From NCBI GenBank assembly GCA_965178125.1, contig OZ237740.1, positions 1 through 64,000 of the forward strand: a DNA stretch of 64,000 bases, in the 5' to 3' direction. Positions 35,705 through 48,595 of this stretch are shown piece by piece; the first letter of the stretch is position 1; each line of letters opens with the position of its first letter. The translations under genes and the position numbers were made by a program. Source of the DNA: Bilabrum cf. latius. Its lineage: Eukaryota. The notes beneath the pieces are model-generated. The model did not search any database, had not been told where the DNA came from, and saw only the letters and a program-made list of their open reading frames with translations.

Positions 35705-38700
35705 ATGGACGAATTTCGGTCAATATGTACTATCCTTTAGTCTGATATGCCGGTTGATGAATTGGTTCCTTCGCTCTAGTGTCTACCAGCCAAGCTTCGC
35801 ACCACATTTTAGCATGATGCCAGCGTGGACGACTTGCAACGAATGGGACTTGTACAGTGCTGGAAAGAGTGCGTGCCATCAGTTGTGAAACGAGTGTCTG
35901 AGTTGAAACTGGGCGGCAACGTGCCTGCATCTAGCGCAGCGAGAGAGTGCTTGGCTGCATGCGCCCGAACCTGCGGCCTCATTTTGCCGTGCTTGCCGAA
36001 GGAAGCTATTGCTTGCCTGTCTTGCTGTACGGACGCCTCGAATCATGTGTATTCAGATGAAGAGCCTAGTGCTGGGGCAAAGAAAGACGGTGGGGAGGAA
36101 GGAGCAGCGCCCTCGGGTTCGTCAACCGACGACACAACTTGGCGCAAGGCCCTGGGGTTCCAGGGACTGGTAGATGTCGTCACCACCGCCCAAGGAAAGT
36201 AGACCTGGAAGACAGGAACTATCATGCTCGAAGTAAGTCCACAATTAGCGGCGCCATCGTGCAGAATGCTGCTCAGTTTTGCCACCCGGCGAATGCCGAT
36301 ATCCTCCTCTATGTTAAATCACCTACAATGCGCGTTGCATCGCAGGATGGCGACCATCTTACAGTGTTCTTCGAAGATGGAACCCCGGAGCAGGTGGTCG
36401 ATCGTTTCGCCCCCACGCTGCAGCGGCCAGCCACCATGCTGGGCAAGCCGGTGGAGGCGGCTCCGGGTCCAGGGGCTCAGGGCGCCTCTTCCTCCTCCTC
36501 TTCTGCAGCAGCCGGCGGGGCACAGGCAGTCGCAGACGTGGATGCAAAGCTGGCGTGGGCAAATTTGCTTCGTCCCGGTGACGTGATCGACGTGGAGGAC
36601 AGGGAGCGGCGGTGGTCGAGTGCCACGGTGGTGCACGCGGGGGAGATGCCTGGGTACTAGGTGAGCGGCATCACCGTGGGCTTCAGGGTGTACTGCTCTG
36701 CGGGGCGCAGCACGGACCGCAAGGGGCGTCGCTACGACGGCCTAGGCGCAGAGTGGGACGAGGCCATCTCGCTGATAGCCGGGAACATGGTGCGACTGGA
36801 CAAGCCGGGGGCCAGGACCAGGGGCCTGGCCTACTGCCTGCTGCCTCCCGGGATCGACGCAGGCATCGACGATGCGGATGATCCGATCATTCGACTAGAG
36901 GGGCCGTCTCGCGATGCGGCATCTGCAGCTGCCCCCGCACCAGCAGCTGCTGCAAGTTCGTCTAGCGATGTCGCGGGATCAGCCGCTGCCCCTGCCCCTG
37001 CCCCAGCTCCCATCCCTGTTCCTGTCCCAAAAACAGAAGCAGGGGCAGGAGCAGGAGACGACTCGAGCGACGATGGAGTTCTGGATGAGCACGCCGAGGA
37101 GCAGCCCGTCCATCCTACTCCCGCCACGCAAGCTCCCGGGCTTGCCAAGCAAGCACCAGACGGAGCACAGCCTGGTCCCACACCCGCCTCGAGCGCTTCG
37201 TCTGCTGTGGCAGCGGCATCGACTGGTCCAGCGCCTCTGTCCAATGTCACGACGGAGCAGGCACAGGCTGCTAGCGCTGGCGACGCGAAGAGCATCCAGG
37301 CTGTGCTGGACGTAATCAGGGCAGCGCTCGTGCCCATGCCCGAGTCCGCCAGTGCCAGTGCCAGTGCCAGTACCAGTGCCGGCTAGGGCGCTGCTGAATC
37401 GCGGCCGCAGTTGATGGGGCAGTACCCAGTCCCCACCGCACCCACTGTTCTTTAGCCCCAGGTCCCCATGGATGGGTATTCAAGCCCATACGGAGGTGCT
37501 TAGACATAGGGGCAGTCGTTGTATGGAGGTGCGCAAACGAACCCATACGGGGCCGCACAGGGGCAGCTGGTGCACGGTGGCCTCATCGGCCACGGCGGTT
37601 CTGGTGCTGGTGCTGGTGCTGGTGCTGGTGCTGGTGCTGGTGCTGGTGCTGGTGCTGGTGCTGGTGCTGGTGCTGGTGCTGGTGCTGGTGCTGGTGCTGG
37701 TGCTGGTGCTGGTGCTGGTGCTGGTGCTGGTGCTGGTGCTGGCGGTGCAGGCGTGGGTGCCGTTGGTGCTCCTGGGCCTGCTGATGCACGCCCCACTGCC
37801 GATACCTTGGTCATTCATCGCCGCGGACTGTCTTCCAATGAGGTGTTGGCTTCTATCCGAGCTTTTGCGGATAGCGGTGGCTTGTCTGTTCTGCTGGCAG
37901 GACTGCTTAGCTTCGTGTCGCCGGGTGATGCTGTCGCCTCGCTCCGATAGTATGGCCGTGCCCCCGATCTGGCAGACCTGCCTGTGTTCTTGGACGCGCT
38001 GCGGCTGCTGGGCCGGGTGTGGCCGCACTTGAATCGGCACGCAGTGGCAGCCGTGGGTGCAGTGCTATCGACAGTGGCTGAGGGATGCAGCCGCAGCCTC
38101 GGTAAGGAGAAGGTCCTCAGGAGCTTTCAGCCGGAGCACGCTATGGCACTGGACGAGACACTGCCCCCTGTGCTGTGGAGGCACTGTGGAAGGCAGGAGG
38201 TGCGCCAGCTGACCCGCAGCGCGCAATGGTCACTCGTCTGCAGCGCGCTTTCTGGACCCCTGTTTCCCCCCAAACCGCTTGCCATCCGAGCTATGGGCCA
38301 AATGGTGTCTCAGTATCTATCTGGAGAGCTAAGAGAACCGCAGCAGTTCAACTATCATGGAGGACGGCCCATGCCGCACCCTCTGCGGTTCGCCGTGCAG
38401 CCCTGGTTGACTCCAACCCGGTTGCGAAGACTCATGGAGGAGCATGGGGTGCTGGACCGCATCTTCGGGAGCGGCGGGACACCACAGTGGTTTGGCGAGG
38501 CACTTTCTCGGCTAGACAAGTGGGCACAGGACTACGTGAGCCCCGTTCGAATGGAGCCCGGGGAAGAGGGTGCTGGCCGCGACGAGCAGACGGAGGGTGT
38601 GCATGTTTGGCAGCAGTGCGAGCCCGCGCTGGTGGAGGTCTCGGAGCCTCTCTTGAAAGCCATGGCACAGCACGGGCAGTTTCAGGGGCCAGTGGTGCTG

Positions 38701-41700
38701 TCTGTGCTTGGGCCCATCCTGCGTGGAGAAAAGCGCACGAGCGTGGCAACCGTGTGCGAGCTTCTGCAGTCTGGCGCCTCGTGGATCGAGGAGCCGCCCA
38801 TGTCCGTGATGAGCCGTGTGTTCCTTTAGCTTCGAGACGATCGCGTCAAGACGGAGGTGGTCGAGTGCGTCTTCAGGCTGGCCCGGAAGGGGGGTGGCCA
38901 CAAGAGGGCCTTCAAGAACTACCCGTTTGCCTCGCTCTACATGCTGGATACGCTTTACGCCTGGAACTCGGAGGAGACGGCCTGCAGTCGAGAGGCGAAG
39001 GATCTCGCAGGGGAGCACCTCGTCGAGTTGCTGTGCTCATCGAACTTTTACAGGTTCTGCAAGCTCTTCTACGCGAAGGCATTGCTGCAGCCGCTGTAGT
39101 CCAAGGGTCTCACCACCGGTCTACGGCTGGCGAGTCGCATCGCGAATGTGATCAAGGAGACTGGAGGAGGCTAGCAGCACGGTTTGGGCTACCATGTGGT
39201 ACGACGAGATGCTATCCTTAGCTACGTGCTAAACGACGCGGACAAATATCACAAGACCCTTCTGAGTCGAATCGGCTCCTACTGGCAGCGCTGGAAGCAG
39301 CAGCAGGCAGTCGCTCTAAGGGACGTGCCGTGGAAGGACCGAGCCAGCTACGTGGTTGGACTGTACACGTACATGCAGCACGTGCAAGGTCTCCTTGAGT
39401 TCCTGGGCGATGGCCTCAGGCAGAGCAACAAACGAACGGTGCTCACGAGAGAACTTGCGCTGCTTCTCTTTGACACGGGCATCCAGGGGGCTCTTTGCGA
39501 GGAAGAGCACCAGGCCTTCGCCACGTGGATGGTGCGGCTGCTGCGCGACCATCGGAGCGGCTCATGCACTGCTATTGACGCGTATGTGCCCGAGGCCGTT
39601 CTAGAGCAGAGGTTGCTTAAAGGAAACGGGTGGATCCTGAAGGCAGTGACCAGTGCGCAAACTGCCAAGCCAACTCTGCCCGTAGAGTCCGAGTCGGCCG
39701 GGCCGGGGACCGGGTCTGCTGCGGGTGGCCCTGGGAGCCAGGCTGGTGCAGGTCCAGGGGGCATCACGACAGGCCGCGCTGAGCTAGATGGAGTCACCAG
39801 AGCACCGCATGCTGCCGCTGGAGGAGCTGCATCTGGCATGGATGCGCTATCCAAGTCTGGTGCTCCGCTCCTCTCTGGCAGCAGTGACCAGGTGTCTCTC
39901 GCTGATGCCACCATGGCCGACTTTCGGCTGCTGCAGGAGTTCACTGGAGCGTAGTGCACGGCGCAAAGCATCGTGGATCACGTCCAGGACAGCTCTCTCC
40001 TGGCGCACTATCTACAGGGAGGTTCCGAGATCGACGTGATTCCCAAGTCTCCTCCAGACTTCATTGGTAGCCTGGCGAGTCTGTGGCAGATTGCGACTTC
40101 TGCGAAAGATGATCGTGTTGCTAGAGACGCGCAGATTCTTGTGGCCGAGTTCTACGGCCGCTGCCTGACAGCATGGGGCGGTATGGGGGCAGTGCCAAGA
40201 GAGCCCATCACGCAAGAGTTTCTGGACAAGTGCAAGAAAGCGCTTTCAGACAGCCTTCAAGGGTCAGGAGCACACGACGCCTGCCTTATTCGCAAGCGCA
40301 CATTGTAGCTGGTGCTTCGAACCATCTCTGCCTCTCATGCCGAATCAGTGCGACGTAGCGAGATCTCAGGTGGGACGGGCTGCTTGCGATCTCATGCGCA
40401 GGTACTGCCCGGCCAGATGGCTCCAATCACTGTGGACGCCTCATCTGTACCCGGAAACGGCCCGGATGGGAGGCCCATCCCAACCAAGCTCGTGCTGCCG
40501 ATGCGGTCCAACTCGTCGCTGGCTGACTTGAAGCGATGCGCGGCATGGGCACTTCGGCTGCGCCCGGAAAGGATCGAGTTGTGCGTGAAGGCACTGGATG
40601 ATTCTAGGCACCATAGTACAGACGGGCTGGAGTTCGGCACTCGGGAGGCAGACGGCATCGACCACACCAGCAGCTGGCTCCGGGCCCGCAGCAAGCACCC
40701 GATCCCAGAGTGGGCGGGCTCGCTGCTGCTCAACGAGGTTGGAATGGCGCGCCAATCTGGCGTTGAGGTGGCTGCGTCCATTAAGCGAGCCGGTAAATCA
40801 CCCTTGATTGCCGGCGCCGGCGGTGCAGCGGCCGGTGCATCCCAGCGAGAAGTCGCCCCCCTAGTGGTGGACGGTGGCATGTCGCCGAGGCTGCTAGCGG
40901 TCGAAAAGTGCATCTTTGACTGTTTTGCATCGTATGTGGTGCCTGGCGGCGAAGTAAAAGCTGACGGGGATGACACGAATTCATCGTCCGCAGCTACGGC
41001 AGCTACATCGCAAGAAGACAGTTCCAGCTCTGATGCGCGCCACCTCCCTGGAGCGATCCAGGCTCTCACCAAGCGTGACGTCGCCAGGCTATTCACTGCG
41101 TGGGGCAGCAAGATGTATACATCAGCCAACAGTGACGTGATGAAGACTGTCAACGTACACTCGACTTCCGGGGGCCAGTTCTTGACTCGATCAGACTTTC
41201 ACAGTTTCCTAGCTACCCGGGCCATGGACAAGGAAGGTGCCACGCTTCGGTCCGAGCTGAAAAAGCTCGGCTGGAGGAAGGATCTTGTGCGAGACGGAGA
41301 CTTGCTCGAGGACAAGATGGGCGTGCCGGAGGAGATTCTCGAGATGGCGAGGGCTGGGCAAGCCGAGGTGGACCGGTTGGCGATTGCCTCGGCTTGGGTG
41401 CAGAAGGCGGCCAAGGAGGAGTAGCGCAATAGCGGGGGTCTAATGGCCACAGCAATCGTCAAACAGACCGAGTGGACGCAGCTGCTGTTCCGCATCGCTT
41501 CGACGGACTCACCTCAATCGGCGCGGATTGCATGGACGGTACTTCGTTCGCTCCCAGTGCACCCTGGCCTCATGGCACAGCTGCGGGGGTTCGTGTACCA
41601 GGATCGGGGGCAAGCAGACATGCGTCAGCACGCCGAGCGCTCCCTTGCACAGCTCTTGGGGGGTGAAGGCTGGCTGCTGCCTGAGGGGCATGGAGAAGTC

Positions 41701-44700
41701 TCAGTCCAGTACGACAAGATGGTTCGATGCTACTCAACGATTGCGCTGCTGGGCCTCATCAGGGCGCACGTGGACGACAAATGGGAGCCCAGCGCACCAC
41801 CCGAGCTCGCCAAACTGTCCTCTACCGGATCCTACCGCGGCCGCTCGCAGTCCTCCTCCATTGGCACTGGGCGCGGGCAGCAGCCCATGCAAGACCAGGA
41901 TGGATACAATGGCGGCAGCACGCCTGATGATCCTGTGCTGCCATTTCCCGGCCCTGCGGTGCTGGCCGAGTATGACGCCTCCCTACTTGATGGCCAAGTG
42001 TCTGTAGCCAAGAACCTTACCACTGCAGAGCGTGCGATGTTGTTCCAGAACTTGGCCAGCACTAGCATTGTCCAGTAGGCAGCCACAGCACTGGGAGTGC
42101 GGAGCGTGGCGGGGGCCCAGACTGCCGAGGCAAACTCGTTCCAGTCCGCGTTCAGCGACCACTTTGCAAGCGTAAACTGCAACTTGCTGAGGTTCCTGCT
42201 GCTGTCAGAGTCGCAGGCCCTTGGCAGACTGGGGCGGGCGCGAGGTATGTCCAGTCCCATGGGTAGGTAGCGCTCCCACGAGGCCGCGGCACTCGGGGCT
42301 CCTGTGGGCTCGGTGCAGCACGAGGCTGCCTCAGGAGCTGGGGCTGGCGCTGGCTCTGGGGTCGGATAGGGCGCCCCTGTCCGACTGGCTTCGCAGGGCT
42401 CTACGAGAGCTACCGGAGCACTAGGTCAGGGAGGTTCCATCGTGAGGCAGTGCATGCCCGACAAGAACATCGGACCAATGCTCGAGCTGCTGTCGGAGGA
42501 GGCTGCCCATGCTGTGCTCGCCACCAAGGTCAGCGAGGCTGCCAACAAGGCCTGCTCCGTGCTTTCCCTCGAAGGCTTGGCCAAGGATGTCATAACGCTT
42601 GCGGTGACAGTCATCCATCAACAGCTGACCCTGGATGGAGCCACCCTGGTGGAGGCCCTTGTGTCTGTGTGGTACGCTGCCGCGTCTGCGAGCCCCTCCG
42701 TGGTGCATCAGGCGCTTGCCGACGATCGAAAGCAGGTGCTGATGTAGTTGCTGGAGTTCGACGGCCCCCACGGGCCTCGCATCCGCCGAGCATGGGCAGC
42801 TGCCCTCCTCAGAGCCACTCGAGTGCTCACCAGCGAGCCCACCGGCGGTTCGGGACTAGCGGGTGCGACTTTAGACTGCAAGCACGCCCTGCTGGTGGAG
42901 CTGCTGCCCAAGGGTGCCGAAGACTTGCGCAAGACATCCCCGGAACAAAGCGCTCTCATCTGCAGGCTGGTAGAGGACATCTCCTAGAGCGGGCTTGCAT
43001 CCGGTGCATTGGACGGTGCCTTGCTGCAGGACAAGTGCACTACTCTTTTGTAGGCTCTTTTTACCATGCAAGTGGTGGAGGTCGAGCCACCGTCGCCGAA
43101 AGACGCCTCCTTCGAAGCTGCGCAGCGCATTGGGGTCGCGGCGCTCTCGGCGGTGGAGGCGGAGGAAGCCACGCTGGTGTCTGCGAGGCCAGTAGAAGAT
43201 GCTGCTCCTGAATACATGCAGGACGATGAGGACGCCAGTCCGATTGCAGTGCAGCGAGCCAGGGACTTGTTGCTGTCATCCAGCAGCTCTTCCTCCTCGG
43301 CCATGTCTGGGGGCGCCACCGCCGAAGATGCGATTCTCTTTGAGGCAGCAAATTAGATGGACAGCTGCTCTGCGGCCGCGTCCGCTGTCTTGCCGGAGTC
43401 CTCACTGGACGACGAAAGGGTGATTTCAGTACTTCAGCTCCTCACCACGCTAGGCACTTGCTTCCCTACTTCTATGCAGGAGGCTGTGCGGGCGGTGGAG
43501 GAGGGGGCGGGAGTATGCCTGTCGACGAGGCCCTGGACCTCGGAGGGGCTGGATGCAACGCAGAAATACTGCCTGGAGCACTAGCAGGAGGCACAGATCC
43601 CAGGATGCAGGCTGGCCGTTGCCATCATGGAGCTCTGCGTGCTCCCGCCTTTGCCAGACGATACGCCCTCGAGCGGATTTGGGGTAGTGGAGATTTCGCC
43701 CGACACGCACCCCATGCCCCTATGCAAGCGACCAAGGTCACGCCAGGCTGCGTTCAATGCCATCCGCAGCTTGCTCAGTAAGTACCCGCTGGCAGCGCCA
43801 TGCGTCCTCCAGTCCTGCATCCGACCGAGGCTGGACAGTCTACGCAAGCCCCACGACGTGCAGTTCGATCCATCACGACGTGCGAAGGCTTCCAGCGGAG
43901 CCATCGGCCTCAAGAACTTCGGCAACACTTGCTACATGAACAGCACGCTGCAGCAGCTGTTCTACATCGAACCGCTGCGCAATGTAATTCTTACGGTCGG
44001 GGATGCCAAGCCCATTGCTGCGGCCACGGAGCAGCCCTCGGCAGGGAGCAGCGGAAGTATGCGGCTGCCTCGTGATCCCCGCGCCATCCGCGTGCTCTCA
44101 TCGGTGCAAGAGCTCTTCACTGCGCTGTTATCGAGCGACAAACAAGACTACAAGCCGCAATCGCTGATTTGGTCCTACACAGAGATGGGCAAGCCAGTCA
44201 ATGTCAAGCAGCAGAAGGACGCCCATGGATTCCTCTCTGGACTGCTAGACACCCTGAGTGAGGGCCTCGCGGACGCCAGCACGGCGCTGTCGTCCGGAGC
44301 GTCAGAGAGCAAGTCGGCGGAGGACGGGGGCAGTGGTGCTGATGCCGCGAGGGACATCCACAGCATTTGCTACTGCGAGTACGACACTAAGAAGACGTAC
44401 AAGGAGCACCCCGAGGTCTAGAGCAAGTGGTCTAGAGACGAGACGTGCCTAGTGGGAGTTGAGGTGAGGGGCATGGATAGCGTGGGACAGGGCCTCAGCA
44501 AGATGCTGGAGCCACAGGCCATCGAGGACTACAGAGCGCCCGATCTTGGAGGGGAAGTTGTCACGATGGAGACCCACCAGACCATCCGGAAGCTGCCTCC
44601 GTTCCTCTTCCTGCAGCTGCAGCGCATGACATTCGATTACAGGGTGGGCGACACGGTCAAGCTCAACCACAAGGTGGAGTTCCCGCTGGAACTCAACATG

Positions 44701-47700
44701 GAAGAGTACACCACCGAGGGCCAGTTGTGGCGGCAGGCGCGGCAGGCATCGCAGCCCAAGGAGCAAGGTGAGTCTTCCAACGAAGCTGGCGCCGGGGATG
44801 GTATTGCAGCGCCTGGTGATGCCGCGGGCGGTGGCGCAGCAAGCGGCGCTGGCGGGCCCGTCGACGCACCGCCGGACGACGCTCCGCCGGCAGCTGGTCA
44901 GCCGGAGGGGGGTACGCCTGTGGACCTCCCCCCTCATTTTTCCGAGCTGCCAACGGGTCCTTATCAATTGCAGCCCAAGTCGTACTACGAGTACGAGCTT
45001 TAGGGCATCGTAATTCACAGAGGCACGGCTCAGTCAGGCCACTACTACTCGTTCATCAGAGACAAGAATGGGAAAGTCGAGCACTCGTGGCTGCGGCTGG
45101 ACGACTCCACCGTGGCGGCCGTGCAGCTCCCCCCTGATGCCCTCGAGCAGGAGGCATTCGGTGGTACGGGAGGGGGCGGGCCGGTCGACCCCGAGCTGGC
45201 GGCACTAGGGTTCAACTCACAGAACGAGGCGAACGCGTACCTCCTCGTCTACAGGCGGAAGGATGATGCTGGCGCCCCGTTGGATACGCCTTCTGCGGAT
45301 GCAGCAGCCGAGAGCGCCGGCACGGGCGAATCGAAGCATGACGACGACGGAGTTCCACCCAGTGGGCCGCCGCCCCCGTACAGCGCGTGCGGTGACACCG
45401 CCACGGCTGCCAGTCTTCGAAAGGCACAGCCTGCGCTGATGCGTCAGAGCTCTACCCGTTCCAAGCTGCTGGCCTGCCCGGAGTCTGCGAGGTCGCTTAC
45501 GGCGACTGCCAACTCTCGCTTCTTGCTGGACCGTCTGGTCTTTCAACACGATTTCTTCGCCCTCTTTGCCGACCTGGCAGCTGTGGCATGTCCCCTGCAG
45601 AAGCTGGACCTCGCACTATCGCCTTTCAACACGGTGCTGCGGGTCACGGTTGAGGTAGTGGCTCGGGCCAAGAGCGCCGAAACGCTGCCTCTGCTGCGAG
45701 CTGCTCTCACGAGCGGCGCTTCAGCCGCGCCGGGAGGAGCTTTGGCCGCTATTGCTGGGCTCACCAACTTGCAGGATTCCATTGGCAAGGCGGTTCCAGC
45801 CGGATCTGCCTCCACCGAGCCCCTGCGCATTCAGTTCTCCCACACGGGGACTGCGTTGCAGCAAGGGCTGTACGATGCCGAGCGAGTGATGGTGCGGATG
45901 GAGCTGGGAGCTCTCTTGGCCGAGCTCTTCGCACGCGCCGCAGGCGGGGTTGCGGGCGAGAAGTTCATCCGTGCCGTGGTTCAACTGAAGCCAGGGGAGC
46001 ATGGCCCGGTGCTCGCGCCTCGGGAGGGAATGGGGTGGTGGCAAGCTCCCGAAGGCAAGCAGCTGCGCTATCCAGAACAACCTACCGTGCCGTATAGCCA
46101 GCTGGCTCGCGCCCTCGACTTTGACGCAGAGGCACTGCCGCTGCTCGCAGCTAGCTCTCTTGTGATCGGAGAGCTCCTACCTCTGTGCCTGAAGAAATGG
46201 TTCAAGTTTGACGAGGCCATGCGTGCTGTGGCCTCTATGGCCGCGGCATCGCCCGCCTTCCGAGCGTGCCTGCTGTGGAGCGGAACTGTAGCGTTGTTGG
46301 CTGACGTTGCCTTGCAAACGCGGTCACCGCTTCAGGGCGCCGTGGATCCCAATACGATGCAGGACAAACCGCGCAAGCATGTAGGCAACTCTGCCGTCAG
46401 CCCGAGGCTAGGCGGGATCCTGGCTGCTGTGCTAGCAGTCGGCTCTCACGTGTCACTGAGGCAGCCCGACCAAGCCGCGGTGCCTCCGCAGGACCAGGGC
46501 GCGCTGGATCCGGCCACGCCGGTTTGCGCCGTGCTCAGCAGCTCGTGCGTATACCCGGGGGGCGTGCCCACCGATGCTCGTGGATTTACCGTTGGATATT
46601 CGCACGAAGCGATGGGCAGTGTGGCATCCGTGTCTGATGCCTGCATCAACGGAGGCAATGACAAACCAGAGGGGGCCAAAGAGGGCGGCTCAGACAGACA
46701 CGCCATCACCGGTACAATGCTGGTGCCTGCACCCCTCGAAACGGTGCACGGGGGCTCTGCAGCCGCCTCGAAGGTTGATCCAAGCAGCCATACGACCCCA
46801 ATGCAGAGCGACTTGGCTGTCAGGACATTGCTGACTTCGCCTGCGCTGGTGGCGGAGGCCGTACGCTCGGGCCACGCGTTCTACACCGCGGCTCTGCACG
46901 CCGAGAGACTTGCAACCTGCGCGCCTGCCTCACTACCCGGTCTCGTGTCTGAGGCTGTGGAAGGCCTCAACAGCGGCGGGGCCGACGTGAGGCTCCGGGC
47001 CTGGGTGCTGGCGGGTGTGCTTGTGCGCGCTGTCAACACGATTGACGACCTGAAGGCGCCCCTCAGAGCCTACCCTCCCCCCGAACCGCCTGTCCTGCCG
47101 CAAGACACGGGAGCTGCTGGGGGGCAGTCCGGTGCAGCGGCAGGCTCAGCGCCGGCTTCATCTGTGCCGGAGAAGTAGCAGTCCGGTGGGATTCTCGGAA
47201 TATTTGGTTGGGGCGCGCAAACTACTTCGCCTGTGCCTGCCCCTGCGTCCACTGCTGCGCCTAGCGCGCAGGCCGGTACGGGACAACCCGGTGCGGGGTA
47301 TCAAGACGACAAGAAGGACTGGGACGAGCCAGTAGGCGACTCTGATGAGGAGGAGGCGGGCGAGATTACGTCCAAGTCTTAGCCTGCTGGCCAGATCTAG
47401 CCGCCCAGCCTGCTCATGTCGACTGGGACCTCTGTCTCCGGCGAGGACCGAGGACAAGAACACGCGCACGATCCCGAATGGACCTTGCTGCCAGTGCGGC
47501 CCTAGGATCGAAGCAGCAAGTGGAATGAAGGCAGACAGGCAACCGCTCTGCATCTGTGGCTCATGTGCTCGCTTATCGGTGGCCGCAAGGTGGCCGTTCC
47601 ACTCCCGCCAGCTGCTGCTGAACCTGACACGGTGCCGTTCAACGCGATTCCCATCGAGGACGGAGGATTGCCTGGGATCCTGGGGGCCATATTTTCGAGG

Positions 47701-48378
47701 AGAAAAGTGGCTAAAGCAGCGCCCAGGGTTATCACAGAGCTGCTGCTTGCATATGTGCAACTAGCCAAGCACTCGCCAGAGGCCACGCGGTCTGTGTTGC
47801 GCTGCGTGCAGGGCACCGTTCCGCCTGATTTCAAGGGCAGTCAGGATCGATGGCTCGACTTCACGCGGAAGACAGTCGCGATGCTTTCCAATTTCACGCA
47901 GGACTTGACCCGCCCGGCTGAGCTGCACGAGGTGCATGTGCTGCAGCGGGAGCTTGACAGGTTGTCTGGGCGCATCTACGGCACGCTTCCGCCTAAGGTT
48001 TCCACCGAGAAGACCGAGAAGACTCTCTTCCAAATGTTCGCTGATGGTAGCAACAAGACTATTGCGATCCGCGTCAAACTTATTGAGGACCCCATGAGCG
48101 ACAAGGGGGCGGAGGTCTAGTGGATCGTCTTTAGCAAGCACAGGGACCCAGTCCAATTTGAGTTTTGGTTCGAAGATGGCACGCATTTTGCATACCCAGA
48201 AGAGGCGCTGAACTACCGGCTTACCAAGGAGAGGATCGTAAAGATGATCAATCCCGACGAGGTCAAGGTAATGTACCGCTCACCTGTGCTCGATCCAGAG
48301 AACGAGTGCCAGGTAGAGGACGATAAGTGGTCATACTACTGGAAGGCCTTCGCACCGCAGTATGTATACCGCCAATGA
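35705..48378 (+). CDS. Giant ubiquitin carboxyl-terminal hydrolase (peptidase C19), USP9/USP24/USP34-like, about 4,190 aa
   Basis: ATG 35705 in gccATGg context, intron 36233-36345, then a ~12-kb exon with only TAG interruptions (about 30 in the gene). Cys box GLKNFGNTCYMNSTLQQLF, QQKDA, His box GIVIHRGTAQSGHYYSFI, LDDS and NAYLLVY. TGA at 48376-48378. Confidence 0.9.
37603..37740 (+). repeat. Coding microsatellite (GGTGCT)23 encoding (Gly-Ala)23
   Basis: Perfect hexamer run, in frame within the USP gene. Confidence 0.97.
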
Positions 48379-48595
48379 TGATTGAGGCTTGAACGTGAAC
48401 TTTGCCGTAAACAATAGCTACATGGGTCCTATTTGTCGTGTTTGCCTGAGTTCAATGCCTAACCTACACGTACAGCTTGGGGAGCTAACTGGAAGTAGCC
48501 CATATCACAGTTTGGTCTCCTGATTGTCATTTGTCCAGCTTCACACAGCTGGCTCGATCCAGCGCAAGTACTTGGACCGCCTCACGGACTCAAAA

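Noticed and set aside
35730-35978. Extension of the retrotransposon ORF upstream of 35700
   Set aside because: The frame stays open but overlaps the antisense strand of the USP first exon and lies outside the candidate TSD.
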